A DNA stretch of 64,000 nucleotides from a virus (IMGVR_UViG_2895778652_000001:1-64000); one strand, 5' to 3'. Counted from the stretch's first letter, positions 1 through 10,589 are shown. Numbers and translations: made by a program. Notes: generated from the sequence alone by a model not told the origin.

Positions 1-8
1 CTCCTCCC

Positions 9-413
9 TTGACTAAGCGCCCCTTTACGCCCTTGCCCCGCGAGATTGAGGATCTGGAACTGGAGGACGGCACAGTGATTCAGGTGCCCTCGCTGCCCTT
101 GCTTCCCCGGGAGCAGGAACTCAAGCAGCGTGACTACGCCAAAGCTGCGGCCCGTTTCGACAGCGCCGCCTCGAAAGTCCTGGCTGCCCTGACGGCCCTG
201 GATGTGTACAGCATGGATGAAGTGGCGCAGATTGCCCAGAGTCCAGAGGGGAGACAGCTCTACGGCCCGGTGCGCGTGACCCGGATCAAAGAAATGTTGG
301 AGCAGCTTCATCAGAAGTGGGTGGGCGCTCCTGACCAGACCCGCACCATTGATGCCGCGCCGTTGCTGGACGTGAAAGCAAAAAAGGATGAACGGGTGCT
401 GGAGCTGAACTGA
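9..413 (+). CDS. Phage protein upstream of the tape measure, possibly a tail assembly chaperone (may be 5' truncated)
   Basis: 134-aa ORF with GC3-rich codons, in the position typical of tail chaperones. No diagnostic motif. Confidence 0.45.
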   Translation: MTKRPFTPLPREIEDLELEDGTVIQVPSLPLLPREQELKQRDYAKAAARFDSAASKVLAALTALDVYSMDEVAQIAQSPEGRQLYGPVRVTRIKEMLEQLHQKWVGAPDQTRTIDAAPLLDVKAKKDERVLELN

Positions 414-469
414 CGCGCCCACATCCGCACCCGCGCCCTGGCACTCGCTGGGGCGTTTATCTTGGGGGC

Positions 470-874
470 ATGACCCTGGACCCTGAGACAAACGCCCGCA
501 TTGAAGCCGAGGAAGCCTACCGGGCGCAGGTGCGACGCACGGGCCAGCGTAAGGGCTTCTGGGAATGGGCGGCGGTACTGATCGGGGTTCCAATCGCCGT
601 CCTGGCCGCGCTGGCGATCTGGGGTTCTCTTGCTCCCTCCACGCCTGACTACCAAACCAGTTTTCTGGTGGCCTGCCAGCGCGGCGTGCGCGAAAAGCTC
701 AAGGCCCCATCTACCGCAAAGTTTGGGAATGAGATAGGCCGTGACGTGCTGACGGTGACGAGTGGTTACCGTCTGAATGGGACAATAGAGGCGCAAAACA
801 GTTTCGGTGCGTTGATTCAATCCACCTATCAATGCACGGGCAGCAGCACAAATCTAGAAATAGACATTGAATAG
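470..874 (+). CDS. Membrane-anchored moron protein
   Basis: Single TM helix (WAAVLIGVPIAVLAALAIW) and an LKAPSTAKF...NSFGA domain. TATCTT lies 6 nt before the ATG (leaderless-type start), and a terminator follows. Confidence 0.7.
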   Translation: MTLDPETNARIEAEEAYRAQVRRTGQRKGFWEWAAVLIGVPIAVLAALAIWGSLAPSTPDYQTSFLVACQRGVREKLKAPSTAKFGNEIGRDVLTVTSGYRLNGTIEAQNSFGALIQSTYQCTGSSTNLEIDIE

Positions 875-903
875 ATCGCCTCTCAGGTTCATAACCATTC
901 ACG

Positions 904-924
904 CCGCCCTTCCGGGCGGTTTTT
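904..924 (+). terminator. Intrinsic terminator
   Basis: CCGCCC-TTCC-GGGCGG followed by TTTTT. Confidence 0.7.
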
Positions 925-948
925 CGTTGCCCTGGAGGTGACTAAACC

Positions 949-3900
949 ATGACCAAAGGTCAATCTGTGGGCGGCCTCTTTATCGATACGGGCCTAGATT
1001 TGACAGGCATCGAGCGTGATCTTCAGAAGGCCCGTCAGTTTGTTGAGCGTACCAACGGTGTGAAGCTGAACATCGACAACCGCGCGGCAAAGACTGCGAT
1101 TGAGCAGGTTAAGGCTGATCTGGCTGCCCTCAAGGGAATGTCAGAGCGGGACGCTCAGGCCCGCGCGCAAGCTGCCCGACTGCTGGGGACGGCTTACAAA
1201 GAGCAGGCTGGGGCCATCCGGGGCGTGACGGCAGAACTCAAAACCCTGTCAGCCCAGTCGGTCCTGACCGCGCGGCTAGGCGCACAGGCAGACCGCGAGG
1301 CGGCGGCGGCAGTCCGGGCACTCGTGACGGCCCGCAAGGAAGCGGCAACACTGGCGGGACGGGCAGGCAACGCCGCAGACCTCGCACGGGCACAGACGGC
1401 TTTACAGGGCATCATGCAAACGCTGGGCAAACTCCAGAACACTGGAACGGTGCGCCTGAAGTTTGATTTGACCAGCGTCAATGCTGAGCTGGCCCGCCTC
1501 CAGGGCCGCTCGGTGTTGCTGAAAGTCAGCTTCTCGAATTTCGACGCGATCAAGAATGACCTGACCACCCTCAAGGGCATGTTGAACGGCCTCGGCGCGA
1601 ACATGCAATACCGCGTGACCGTGAACACCACGGCGCTGAATGCGGTGTACACGCAAATCAACACCCAGATCACGGCCCTTCAGAGCCTGATCAGCCAGCT
1701 CCGCGCTCTCGGTGGTGGTGGGGGCGGCGGTGGCGGCGGCGGACGCGGTGGGCCGGGCATCTCAGCAGCTAATCGGGCACTCCTGGCCGAGCTGGAAGCC
1801 CTGAACAACCAGTGGAAGCGCGGGGACGTAAACGCCGCGCAGTTCGGTTCCCAGCTCACTGCCCTGCAAGGCCGTCTCCGCACGGCGTCTGCCGGGGCCA
1901 CAGCCGGGACAGCCGACTTCAAGGCGCTGGACGCTGGATTGACCCGCCTGACGGGCAGCCTGCGCTCCATTAACACCGACGCCTTCCAGCGGATCAGGAC
2001 CGAGGCTGGAGCCATGCGGGCGGCGTTCGACACGGCCACGGCGGGCGTGCGGCGCAATTCCACCGAGTTCCGGGCCGCATCTGCCGTCTATGCCGCCGAA
2101 AGTGCGCGGATCACCGCCAGTTTGCAGACGATGGCCCGCAGTGGCAACCTGACCACCACGCAGCTTGGTCAGGTCAACCGCGAGATTCAGCGCCTCGCCC
2201 GTGAGCAGAACACCATCCGGGGCGGCATCAATGCGGGTGGCCTGTCCGGCAACATCGTCAACAGCTTCGGGATGCTGCCCGGTCAACTGGGCATGATGGC
2301 TTCCCAGGGCGGCGCGGCCATCAATGCCTTCCAGGGCATCGCCTCTGCTGCTGGCCCTGCTGGGCTGGCTGTGGGTGGGCTTGCCCTGGTGGTGGGCGGC
2401 GCGGCGCTGGCGGCAACCAAAGCGGTCAACGAGTACGCCAAATTTGAGAAGGGGCTGGCGCAGATCGCTACGCTGACTGACAAGACCACCGCCCAGCTCG
2501 GGGACACTGGACGCGCGATCCTGAAGATGAGCGGCGACGTGGGGGCCACCTACACGGATCTCAACGCGGGTCTGTATGACGTGCTGGGTGCAGGGGTCAA
2601 GGGCACTGAGGACATGACGGCCAGCCTGGCGCTGCTCAAGCAGTCCGCTGAACTGGCGCGCGCTGGAGCCACGGAGACTGCCACTGCCACCGACGTGCTG
2701 ACCAGCGTGTTGAACGCCTACAAACTGGAAGCGTCTGACGCCACAATGGTCAGCGATAAACTCTTTAAGGCCGTCGACGACGGCAAGATGAGCTTCTCGC
2801 AACTCGCCCAGAGTCTCGGTATGGTGCTGCCCACCGCCAAAATGGCCGGCCTGAGTCTGGACGAGGTGCTGGGCAGCGTGGCCGCACTGACCGCGCAGGG
2901 CATCAAGCCGTCCTCCGCCATCGAATACCTGCGCTCGGCGCTGACGAACATCATCAAGCCCAGCATGCAGGCAAAAGAGACCGCCAAAGATCTCGGTATC
3001 CAGTTCAATGCCCAGGCGCTGGCAGCCAAGGGCCTCGTGCCATTCCTGCGCGACGTGATCGAGAAGACCGACGGCAACAGCGAGGCGATGGCCCGGCTGT
3101 TCGGCGACGTGGGCGGTCTGCCCGCCGTGACGGGTCTGGCTAACGGCAATTTCGAGCGCCTGACCGCCACCCTGGAAGGGCAGGCGAACGCGGCAGGTAA
3201 AACGGCGGAAGCCTACGGCAAGGTGGCCGCCACCATCAGCCAGAAATCTGATGAGGTTTCGGCCAAATGGAAGTCGCTGTGGGTGAATGTGGGCGAGCTG
3301 TTTGCGTCTACCAAAACCAGCGTGCTGGACGGTATCAACGACATGCTCACGGGCCTGAACGACGTGTTGAGCAAGTTCAATCAGGCGCGTGACCTGAAAA
3401 ACGGCGTCGGCAAGTCGGATCTGCTCAAGCAGAAGGAGGCCAAGGAAGAGGAACTGGCCACGGCCAGAAGCCAATTGGCGTCTGCGCAGAGCGTGGCGGA
3501 TGCGCAGCAACGCGCGACGGGCAAAGTGTCAGAGCAGTTCCAGCCCCGTCTGGACGCCCAGAAAGCCAAGGTGGCTGCGCTGGAAGCCGCAGTGGCAGAC
3601 CTGAGCTTTCAGGTGCAGCAGGAGGCCCAGGCCAACGGCACCTTCACTGGCCCGCTTCAGACCGGTGGCCCAGCGGGTGTGGCCCTGACGGCGGCGGGAG
3701 CCGACGCCCTGGGCGCAAAGGTGGTCGAGGCCGGGGCGGGCAAGCTGGGACAGGTCAGCGCCGACAGCATCGTGAATTACTGCGCCCAGTGGGTGCGGCT
3801 CGTGCTTGGCAAGGCCACACCAGAAGTGGCAGGCAAGATCAATGCCCTGTTCCAGACCGACAGCAATGGGGACGGCAAAACCGAGGCCACCGATGCCGCC

Positions 3901-6900
3901 CGTAACCTGCTCAAGGCGGGTTTTGCTCAGCGGTATAGCGGCACGAAAGATCTTCAGAAGGGCGATGTGGTGTTCTACACGGAGAATGGCCAGAATCACA
4001 CTGGTATCTACATCGGCGACGGCATGGTGCGTGGCAACAACCGCGTGACCTATGCGGCCAACGGTGGCAAATTCGACAAGTATGGCAACCCCACCAGCCC
4101 CGGCGTGAACCCCGTGGGCGATGTGGCGATTGGTAAACTGGGCACGCCCAACTGGATCGTGCGTCCCGGTGACATGCTGCCCGTGCTGGGGGCCAAGGTG
4201 CCCGAGGTCCGGCCCGATGCAGGAGCAGGCGGAGCCGCGTCTGCTGCGCCGATCAAGGCGTTTGAGACCTACGTTAAGGAGGCCAGACGCATTCTGGATC
4301 AGGTGGAGAAGTACGCACCTGGCGGCACCGCGCCCAATTCGGCCAAATGGAACAAGGCCAAAGATGCCCTCAAATCCTTTGGCGATCAGAGCGACATCAC
4401 GGCCCGAGCGCTGGAATATGCTGGACTGGCCACCAAAAAGGCAGATAAAGCCACCTCCCAGTACGGCCAGACCTTTGACCGTTTGAAGGGCCAGCTCGAC
4501 ATCACGCAGAGCCTGGGCGATCTGGGCCGCCCCTCTGCCGAGATCAGCAAGAATCTCAAAGCCATCAGCACCGATGCCCTGGCTGCCGCCAGTGCCGAGA
4601 AGAAACGCAACGGCGAGACGGCGAAGTATCGCGCACTCCTGGATCTGGCCGGAGACGCAGCCAAGAAACTGAAATCCATCACCGACAAGAAGCCCGATCT
4701 CACCCCCACCCAGCGCGAACAGCAGCAACTGGCCGAGCGGCTTGCTGCCGAGAAAATGGTGGCCGACATGCGGAACGCTGGAACGGGCCGCCTGAGCGAC
4801 ATCATCAAGGGCGGTGTCCAGAAAGAGGGTGATCTGGCCCGCTGGGACGGCGCGAAGGCCGAGCTGAAGCGCCGCGCCGATCTGGACACCGAAGCAGGCA
4901 AGGCGGCGAAAAAGGCGCTGGAGGATAACGCCGCATTGATCGGAAAGTTGGCCGAGGAGACCGCCAAAGCTGCTGTGGAACGCTCCAAAGAGCTGGCCCA
5001 GCTTCGCGCCAAATATGCTGCCGAGCGCCGTGACCTGGACGTGCAGGAGGCTGAGGCAGACCTCGCCCGCACGCAGGAACTGAACAAGAAGGAACTGGCC
5101 GATTTCAAGGGCACCGCAGCCCAGAAGGTGGCCCTGATCAAGCGTCAGGGGCAAGATGAATTCAACGCCAGCGAACAGGTTGCCCGTGCCACCCGCGACA
5201 AGGCCATCCGTGCATTCCAGAACGACATCACCAATCCGAATAAGCAGCGCAACATCGATGCTGCAAACCAGACCTATGCCGACACTGTGGTCAAACTCAG
5301 GAACGCCCAGACCAGCGCGGGAAACCAGGCCCTGGAAGACCAGACCAAGGCCATCCAGGATGCCCGCGACGCCTATAGCAAGCTCGCCGATGGGATGCGC
5401 GAGAAGATCGCCACGGGCAAGGTAGAAATCGCGGATCTGACCGCTTACCGCGTGGGCATGGATCAGGCCGCAGACGCTGCCACTAAAGGTGGTGTGGCTC
5501 AAACCAAATATGTCAAAGGTGCGCGCCAGAGCGCCGAGGCCCTCTATCAGGCGGGCATTGACGCCCAGATCGCTGCCGGAATGTTCGCAGACCTGGGCGA
5601 CGGACAGAGCCGGGCCGCAGAGGCAGGCAAGAGTTATGCGGTCAGCCTGGAAGACGCCGTGGCGGCCATGCCAGGAACCATCGAAGGCAACGCCGAGTAC
5701 CTGAAGCTGCTCCAGGACATGGCAAAAGCTGGACAGGTGGCGGGCGGCACGGTGGCCCATATTTCGGACCTGATGCGGGATCAGGCCATCGACGCCCAGA
5801 TTGCCGCTGGAGCTTACGCGGATGTCGCCGACAGCTATGACCGAGCGCAACGGGCCGCACAGGGCTACGTGGCCACCCAGCAAACCGCGCTAGACCAGAT
5901 TCCTGGCAGCACCGAGGCAAACGCTGCTTACGTAAAGGTGCTTCAGGACCTGGAATCCGCTGGAAAACTCGCCCCTGGCACGGTGGATGCGGTCAGCCAA
6001 GCCATCCGTGATCAGGAGGTCATTCTGGCCAACACCACCGCTTGGATGGAGCGCCTGACCACCGAGGCAGGAAAGACCTCCGACGCCCTGGTGGAGCTGG
6101 GCGACACCTCGGGGGCCATGCAGACCTTGCAGGAGGCCCTGGACGAAGCGTGGGCAGCCTCTAACCGGGGCGAGGACGCCGCTGCCACCATCGGCGATCT
6201 GACCGACAAGATCAATGCGCTGGCGAAATCTACTGCCCTTACAGATGGATTCAACCTGTTCTTTTCTGGCCTCTCGGGCACCATCGAGGATCAGATTTCA
6301 CAGGTGGTGGACCAGCTTGATCACGTGACCGATCCGGCGATGGTGGCGCGACTCAAAGCGCTTCTAACTGAGCTGCGCCAAGGCGTGGCCGCCTACGAAG
6401 ACCCCAGTAAGGCCGGGTACGCCCCCAGCAGCAACGGAGGCGGGTTCACGAACACCCAGCCGGGCGGGGCTGAAACAGCGCGGGCTATCGCTGCTGCTCG
6501 TGACCTGACGCCAGCACTCAACACCGAGTTAGATTCCGCAACTCTGGGCGTCGCCATGACGCAGGCAGCGGACCTGCTCGCCTCGGAGGTGGGTCAGGCC
6601 CTGCCCGCTGCCACCCGCAAGGCGCTGCAAGACGGGATCGAGAACGCGCAGGCGTACCAGGATGCGCTGGCCAGCATCACGGCAGACGGGATTCAGGACG
6701 GCGTGAACCGGACACTGGACGCCCCTGCTGCTCCCACGAATGAATTCACCAAATGGTCCGACACCATCTTCGGGCTGGGCAGCGAGGGCCTGAGCGACAC
6801 CACCACCCTGAATGCCCTGACCGAATCTCTGGACACCGCCCGGAAGGCAGGGCGGCTCACCGAGGATGACCTTCAGAACCTGCTGAACCTCATCCGGGAG

Positions 6901-8172
6901 TTCGGATCGGAACCCGACATCAAGCTGACCGAGAAGCTTGACCTGAAGGACATGCAGGACGGTATCAAGCAGCTCACCGAGGATTTCGATTCCGGGAAGA
7001 TTACAGCCCCCGAATTTGTGCAGGGCCTCCAGCAGGCCGGAACCGAGCTGGAAGGGTTTGCGCAGGCGGCCCGTGAGGCGGGGAACCCTGTGCTGGCCCG
7101 GCAGTTCGACGAGCTGGCCGCCAGTCTGCGGGCCATGAATCCTGCCATCGCGGGGGCGCTCCAGGCCATCGGCAAGTTCCAGGAATACGCCGGGTACGTT
7201 CAGCAACTCGCTGGGGCCTTCGCTGCCCTGGACGACGGGACGAGCGGCACAGACATCATCGCCAACATCACAGGCATCGGGAACGCCGCCGGGAAACTGG
7301 TGGACCTCGCCTCCGATGTGAGCAAGATCCTGCTGAACCCGGCAGACATCGGCGCGTGGGTGGGAGCCATCACGAAGGTGGCCAGTTCCATCGCCGACGC
7401 CATCGCCGGATTCAAGAAGGCGCAGGCCGAGGTCAAGAAGCTCAAGGAGGACTTCCAGAAGGACAACCCGCTCCTGAACGGCGGCGATTACCAGAAGACC
7501 TTCACCCGTTCGCGCGGCTTCTTCGCTGACGTGTTCGGTGGCGGTCCAGAGGTGGTCAACCAGATCGACGAGCTGGGCCTGACCTTCGCCAAGACCATGT
7601 CGGCTGCCTTCACGGATGGCATCAAGGGTGGGTTGAAGGACGCCATCCTCAACAACGACTTCTCCAAGTTCAAGGACAAGCTGCATGAAACGGTGTTCGA
7701 TGGGATGCTCAATGGCGTCATCGACCTGTTCATCAACCAAACGCTGCTCAAGGAAATCATCGCCCCGGCGATCAAGGCGTGGTCCGACGCGCTGAAGACG
7801 CCGGGTACCGAGGACGATGTTGCTGCGCTCGCTGGCATCGACGCCGCCGTGAACCAGGTGGACGGGCTGGCCAGCAAGTTCTATACGGACGTGGCCCCCA
7901 GGCTCCAGGGCTACGCCCAGCAATACGGCATCACGGGCACGCCGGACACGCAGGGGGTCAACACCAGCAACCTCAGCACCCTGCCGGAGCCGATCCAGTT
8001 CGCTATTGCGACTCCGCTGCTGGAAGGCATGCGAGGGATCAAGGAAGCGGCGGACAGCTTCAAGGGGTCTGTGGGCAGCCTCGACGAAACATTCAGACGT
8101 GGAGTAAGGATCGAGGTTTCCGGGCCAGCAGGGACGGGCACCGGCTACGTCAGCACCACCGGGGCACTTTAA
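949..8172 (+). CDS. Tail tape measure protein (TP901-like core) with an internal NlpC/P60/CHAP-like hydrolase domain
   Basis: 2407 aa, Ala-rich and helical. TP901-like core (FEKGLAQIATL...VSDKLFKAVDDGKMSFSQLA...LGIQFNA). Internal NYCAQWV...GDVVFY...HTGIYIGDG motif. GGAGG RBS. Confidence 0.93.
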   Translation: MTKGQSVGGLFIDTGLDLTGIERDLQKARQFVERTNGVKLNIDNRAAKTAIEQVKADLAALKGMSERDAQARAQAARLLGTAYKEQAGAIRGVTAELKTLSAQSVLTARLGAQADREAAAAVRALVTARKEAATLAGRAGNAADLARAQTALQGIMQTLGKLQNTGTVRLKFDLTSVNAELARLQGRSVLLKVSFSNFDAIKNDLTTLKGMLNGLGANMQYRVTVNTTALNAVYTQINTQITALQSLISQLRALGGGGGGGGGGGRGGPGISAANRALLAELEALNNQWKRGDVNAAQFGSQLTALQGRLRTASAGATAGTADFKALDAGLTRLTGSLRSINTDAFQRIRTEAGAMRAAFDTATAGVRRNSTEFRAASAVYAAESARITASLQTMARSGNLTTTQLGQVNREIQRLAREQNTIRGGINAGGLSGNIVNSFGMLPGQLGMMASQGGAAINAFQGIASAAGPAGLAVGGLALVVGGAALAATKAVNEYAKFEKGLAQIATLTDKTTAQLGDTGRAILKMSGDVGATYTDLNAGLYDVLGAGVKGTEDMTASLALLKQSAELARAGATETATATDVLTSVLNAYKLEASDATMVSDKLFKAVDDGKMSFSQLAQSLGMVLPTAKMAGLSLDEVLGSVAALTAQGIKPSSAIEYLRSALTNIIKPSMQAKETAKDLGIQFNAQALAAKGLVPFLRDVIEKTDGNSEAMARLFGDVGGLPAVTGLANGNFERLTATLEGQANAAGKTAEAYGKVAATISQKSDEVSAKWKSLWVNVGELFASTKTSVLDGINDMLTGLNDVLSKFNQARDLKNGVGKSDLLKQKEAKEEELATARSQLASAQSVADAQQRATGKVSEQFQPRLDAQKAKVAALEAAVADLSFQVQQEAQANGTFTGPLQTGGPAGVALTAAGADALGAKVVEAGAGKLGQVSADSIVNYCAQWVRLVLGKATPEVAGKINALFQTDSNGDGKTEATDAARNLLKAGFAQRYSGTKDLQKGDVVFYTENGQNHTGIYIGDGMVRGNNRVTYAANGGKFDKYGNPTSPGVNPVGDVAIGKLGTPNWIVRPGDMLPVLGAKVPEVRPDAGAGGAASAAPIKAFETYVKEARRILDQVEKYAPGGTAPNSAKWNKAKDALKSFGDQSDITARALEYAGLATKKADKATSQYGQTFDRLKGQLDITQSLGDLGRPSAEISKNLKAISTDALAAASAEKKRNGETAKYRALLDLAGDAAKKLKSITDKKPDLTPTQREQQQLAERLAAEKMVADMRNAGTGRLSDIIKGGVQKEGDLARWDGAKAELKRRADLDTEAGKAAKKALEDNAALIGKLAEETAKAAVERSKELAQLRAKYAAERRDLDVQEAEADLARTQELNKKELADFKGTAAQKVALIKRQGQDEFNASEQVARATRDKAIRAFQNDITNPNKQRNIDAANQTYADTVVKLRNAQTSAGNQALEDQTKAIQDARDAYSKLADGMREKIATGKVEIADLTAYRVGMDQAADAATKGGVAQTKYVKGARQSAEALYQAGIDAQIAAGMFADLGDGQSRAAEAGKSYAVSLEDAVAAMPGTIEGNAEYLKLLQDMAKAGQVAGGTVAHISDLMRDQAIDAQIAAGAYADVADSYDRAQRAAQGYVATQQTALDQIPGSTEANAAYVKVLQDLESAGKLAPGTVDAVSQAIRDQEVILANTTAWMERLTTEAGKTSDALVELGDTSGAMQTLQEALDEAWAASNRGEDAAATIGDLTDKINALAKSTALTDGFNLFFSGLSGTIEDQISQVVDQLDHVTDPAMVARLKALLTELRQGVAAYEDPSKAGYAPSSNGGGFTNTQPGGAETARAIAAARDLTPALNTELDSATLGVAMTQAADLLASEVGQALPAATRKALQDGIENAQAYQDALASITADGIQDGVNRTLDAPAAPTNEFTKWSDTIFGLGSEGLSDTTTLNALTESLDTARKAGRLTEDDLQNLLNLIREFGSEPDIKLTEKLDLKDMQDGIKQLTEDFDSGKITAPEFVQGLQQAGTELEGFAQAAREAGNPVLARQFDELAASLRAMNPAIAGALQAIGKFQEYAGYVQQLAGAFAALDDGTSGTDIIANITGIGNAAGKLVDLASDVSKILLNPADIGAWVGAITKVASSIADAIAGFKKAQAEVKKLKEDFQKDNPLLNGGDYQKTFTRSRGFFADVFGGGPEVVNQIDELGLTFAKTMSAAFTDGIKGGLKDAILNNDFSKFKDKLHETVFDGMLNGVIDLFINQTLLKEIIAPAIKAWSDALKTPGTEDDVAALAGIDAAVNQVDGLASKFYTDVAPRLQGYAQQYGITGTPDTQGVNTSNLSTLPEPIQFAIATPLLEGMRGIKEAADSFKGSVGSLDETFRRGVRIEVSGPAGTGTGYVSTTGAL
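5545..6015 (+). repeat. Two tandem ~77-aa (231 bp) repeats in the tape measure
   Basis: IDAQIAAG...PG..E.NA.Y.K.LQD...AG..A.GTV...RDQ occurs twice; GACGCCCAGAT at 5560 and 5791. Confidence 0.8.
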
Positions 8173-8184
8173 GGGAGGTGAACA

Positions 8185-9921
8185 ATGGGCTTAACAGACG
8201 AATACCGCTTGGAGGTGCTTTCCCCAGAAGGCACCTTTCGCTTTTACCGGCAGCTTGAGATGGGGCCGGATGAGCTGCGCCTGGACGGTGGCCCCCGCCG
8301 CATGGAGGTGCGCGGCAACGGCGATTGCCGTGAAGCCACGTTCGAGGGGGATCCAGTGAGCCTCGGCATTGGCCCGCGTGACATCGTGACCGTCCAGTTC
8401 CGCAGCGGCCCAAACGCGATCTGGCGCAACCGCTACGCCGGAGTGGCCGTGGTGAACGGCAGCGCAGACAGCGAGATCGGGCGCTACAAGTTGCAGGGCT
8501 TCCGCATGAAACGCCTGACCGAGGTGGAAGTGCGGGGCACTCTGCCTGAGATGGACCTGGGCGCGCAGGTGCGGGAGTTGTTCTTGCAGCTCAATGCCTC
8601 TGGTCAACTGGGCATCGACGGGCAGATCGGCCCCATCCTGATCCGCCCGGACGAACCGAACATTCCAGACCTGGACATCACCAGCGCGGCGATTGACGGC
8701 AACTTCTGGTCTGTTGCCAAGCTGATCGACGAACGGCTCAAGGGCAGAAGCCGCCGCAGCCAGGTCTACCTGAACGCGGACGGCAGCACCGAGAGCCGGG
8801 ACGAGAACCCCGACTGGGGCGTGAACGCAGACCGCCGCCCCGTGTTCGGGTATCCGACTGGCCTGCTGGAAATCGATGAGGCCGGGGAACTGGTGGAGAT
8901 CGACGGCCTGGACGTGGACAGCACCGCACTGGTGACGGACGTGCGCCTGATCTGGGCGCGGACGCTGCAAGCCGGGGCCGTGTACAGCCTGCTGTCCAGC
9001 ACGGGCAACCTGCGGGACGCCACACGGTACGCAGAGGACCTGGCCCGGGCTGGCCCGCTGACCCGCGAGGTGCCCGTGGCCCCGCATACCTATGGGCAGG
9101 CATGGCGCAGTGTGGCCGTGCCCGCCAATGCTGAGCTGTTCCAGCCGCTGGAAGCTCCAACAGTGGGCGTCTCGGTGGCCACAGCCCTCTACCCGGACGG
9201 CGTGCCCCCTGGTACGCCCAGCGTGACCGGGGACAGTCCTTTGCTGGCTGATGGCAAGCCCGACACGGCTATCGAGATCAGCGCTCCGCCCGGCGCGCTC
9301 GCGGTGACCTACAGCCTGACCCTGGACTACCCCGACACCACCCCGCTTCCCGATGGCTTCGTGCTGGCGGTGGAGGGGGGCAGCGTGGAACGGGTGACCA
9401 TCAGCGGGCAGGCGGGCGACGATCTGGTGCTGCTGACCGTGGAACGCCCGAACACCACGGCAGGCGGGTTGAACCTGTTCCCCTGGAAACTCCGGGACGG
9501 GCGACTCCGAGACCGCTGGAGCGTGGGCAAGCGCCTGTCCTTCACGGTCTCGCAGGCCAGCGTGGCCACGCCCCTGCGCATCAGCGCCGCTGCCCTCATT
9601 CAGGCCGACGCAGAGCTGATGCTGGCGACGGCGGGACCGTTGGCCCGGCTGCCCATCCAGAACCCGGCCACGGTTCGGCTGCCTGGCTGGGACACCGATC
9701 CTGCACCAAAAATCCGCATCCTGCGCCGGGATCTCGCGGGCAACCTGACAGGCACCCGAGAACTGCCGGTGGACCTGTTCGTGTACGACGTGGACGAGGA
9801 CGGCGAGCTGTACACGGAGGTGCGTTGTGGACAGAGTGATGACGCCGAGAAACTCAGCTTTGCGGCGGCCATCACGGCGAAAGACCAGACCGCCACGCTG
9901 GACGCCGTGAGGGCCGTATGA
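8185..9921 (+). CDS. Minor tail / baseplate hub-like protein
   Basis: 578 aa, directly after the tape measure, GGAGG RBS, beta-rich composition. Confidence 0.65.
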   Translation: MGLTDEYRLEVLSPEGTFRFYRQLEMGPDELRLDGGPRRMEVRGNGDCREATFEGDPVSLGIGPRDIVTVQFRSGPNAIWRNRYAGVAVVNGSADSEIGRYKLQGFRMKRLTEVEVRGTLPEMDLGAQVRELFLQLNASGQLGIDGQIGPILIRPDEPNIPDLDITSAAIDGNFWSVAKLIDERLKGRSRRSQVYLNADGSTESRDENPDWGVNADRRPVFGYPTGLLEIDEAGELVEIDGLDVDSTALVTDVRLIWARTLQAGAVYSLLSSTGNLRDATRYAEDLARAGPLTREVPVAPHTYGQAWRSVAVPANAELFQPLEAPTVGVSVATALYPDGVPPGTPSVTGDSPLLADGKPDTAIEISAPPGALAVTYSLTLDYPDTTPLPDGFVLAVEGGSVERVTISGQAGDDLVLLTVERPNTTAGGLNLFPWKLRDGRLRDRWSVGKRLSFTVSQASVATPLRISAAALIQADAELMLATAGPLARLPIQNPATVRLPGWDTDPAPKIRILRRDLAGNLTGTRELPVDLFVYDVDEDGELYTEVRCGQSDDAEKLSFAAAITAKDQTATLDAVRAV

Positions 9922-10589
9922 CGGCGCTGGACCTCCTGAACCGTCTGCCCCGGCTGCTGCCTGACAGCACGCCTTCCGAGGCGCTGCCGCCCGCGCTGAT
10001 TGTCGGGGGGTTGATCTATCTGGCTTCCGAGGGGCCATCCCCTGTATCAGCGCACCGCGATCAGATCAAGGTGCCGCTGAACACCACCGCGCGCCAGACC
10101 GCCAGGGGGGTGACCTGGGCGAGTGGCAGCCGCAAGCCCAAACCCGTTCAGATGCAGGTGCGTTTCCGCGTGGAGGGCATCAACGCTTTCGACGTGGGCA
10201 CGCGGGCTGCGCGCTGGCATGCCCTGGCTCTGGCGGCCACCGGGTTTGCCGAGGGGGCCAGCAGCGTGGCCATCCGGGCCGTGATGGATCACGAAGAACC
10301 TTACGGCGAGGGGAATGCCCGTGCCTTCTCAGTGACCTATCTGCTGGCTGATCCGCTGTGGCGGCTGTATCCAGGCGATCCCTCGCCTCAGCCCAACCCC
10401 ATCGCGGGTGTCGCGGGCAATTACCCACTCGGGCTGCTGCGCGTGACGGCAGTGGAGGACGGGCTTTACGAGGTGGAACCGCTGGCAGGCGTGGGGTTCG
10501 GCGCGGAATCGGGCCGGACGTACAGCTACCCAGACGCCACATTCACTTACAGCCATCTCCTGGAGGTCATCGATGACGAATCCCAGTAA
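9918..10589 (+). CDS. Tail protein, distal tail (Dit)-like
   Basis: ATGA overlap with the previous gene; FSVTYLLADPLW resembles the Dit/Sipho_tail signature. Confidence 0.5.
   Translation: MTALDLLNRLPRLLPDSTPSEALPPALIVGGLIYLASEGPSPVSAHRDQIKVPLNTTARQTARGVTWASGSRKPKPVQMQVRFRVEGINAFDVGTRAARWHALALAATGFAEGASSVAIRAVMDHEEPYGEGNARAFSVTYLLADPLWRLYPGDPSPQPNPIAGVAGNYPLGLLRVTAVEDGLYEVEPLAGVGFGAESGRTYSYPDATFTYSHLLEVIDDESQ

Noticed and set aside
1711-1752. Poly-Gly GGN run in the tape measure considered as a contingency or slippage locus
   Set aside because: Mixed codons in frame; an ordinary flexible linker.
1762-10038. Long minus-strand ORFs (582, 784, 464 and 615 aa) opposite the tail genes
   Set aside because: Antisense shadows caused by high GC3 bias. 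They have no motifs and overlap well-supported genes completely.
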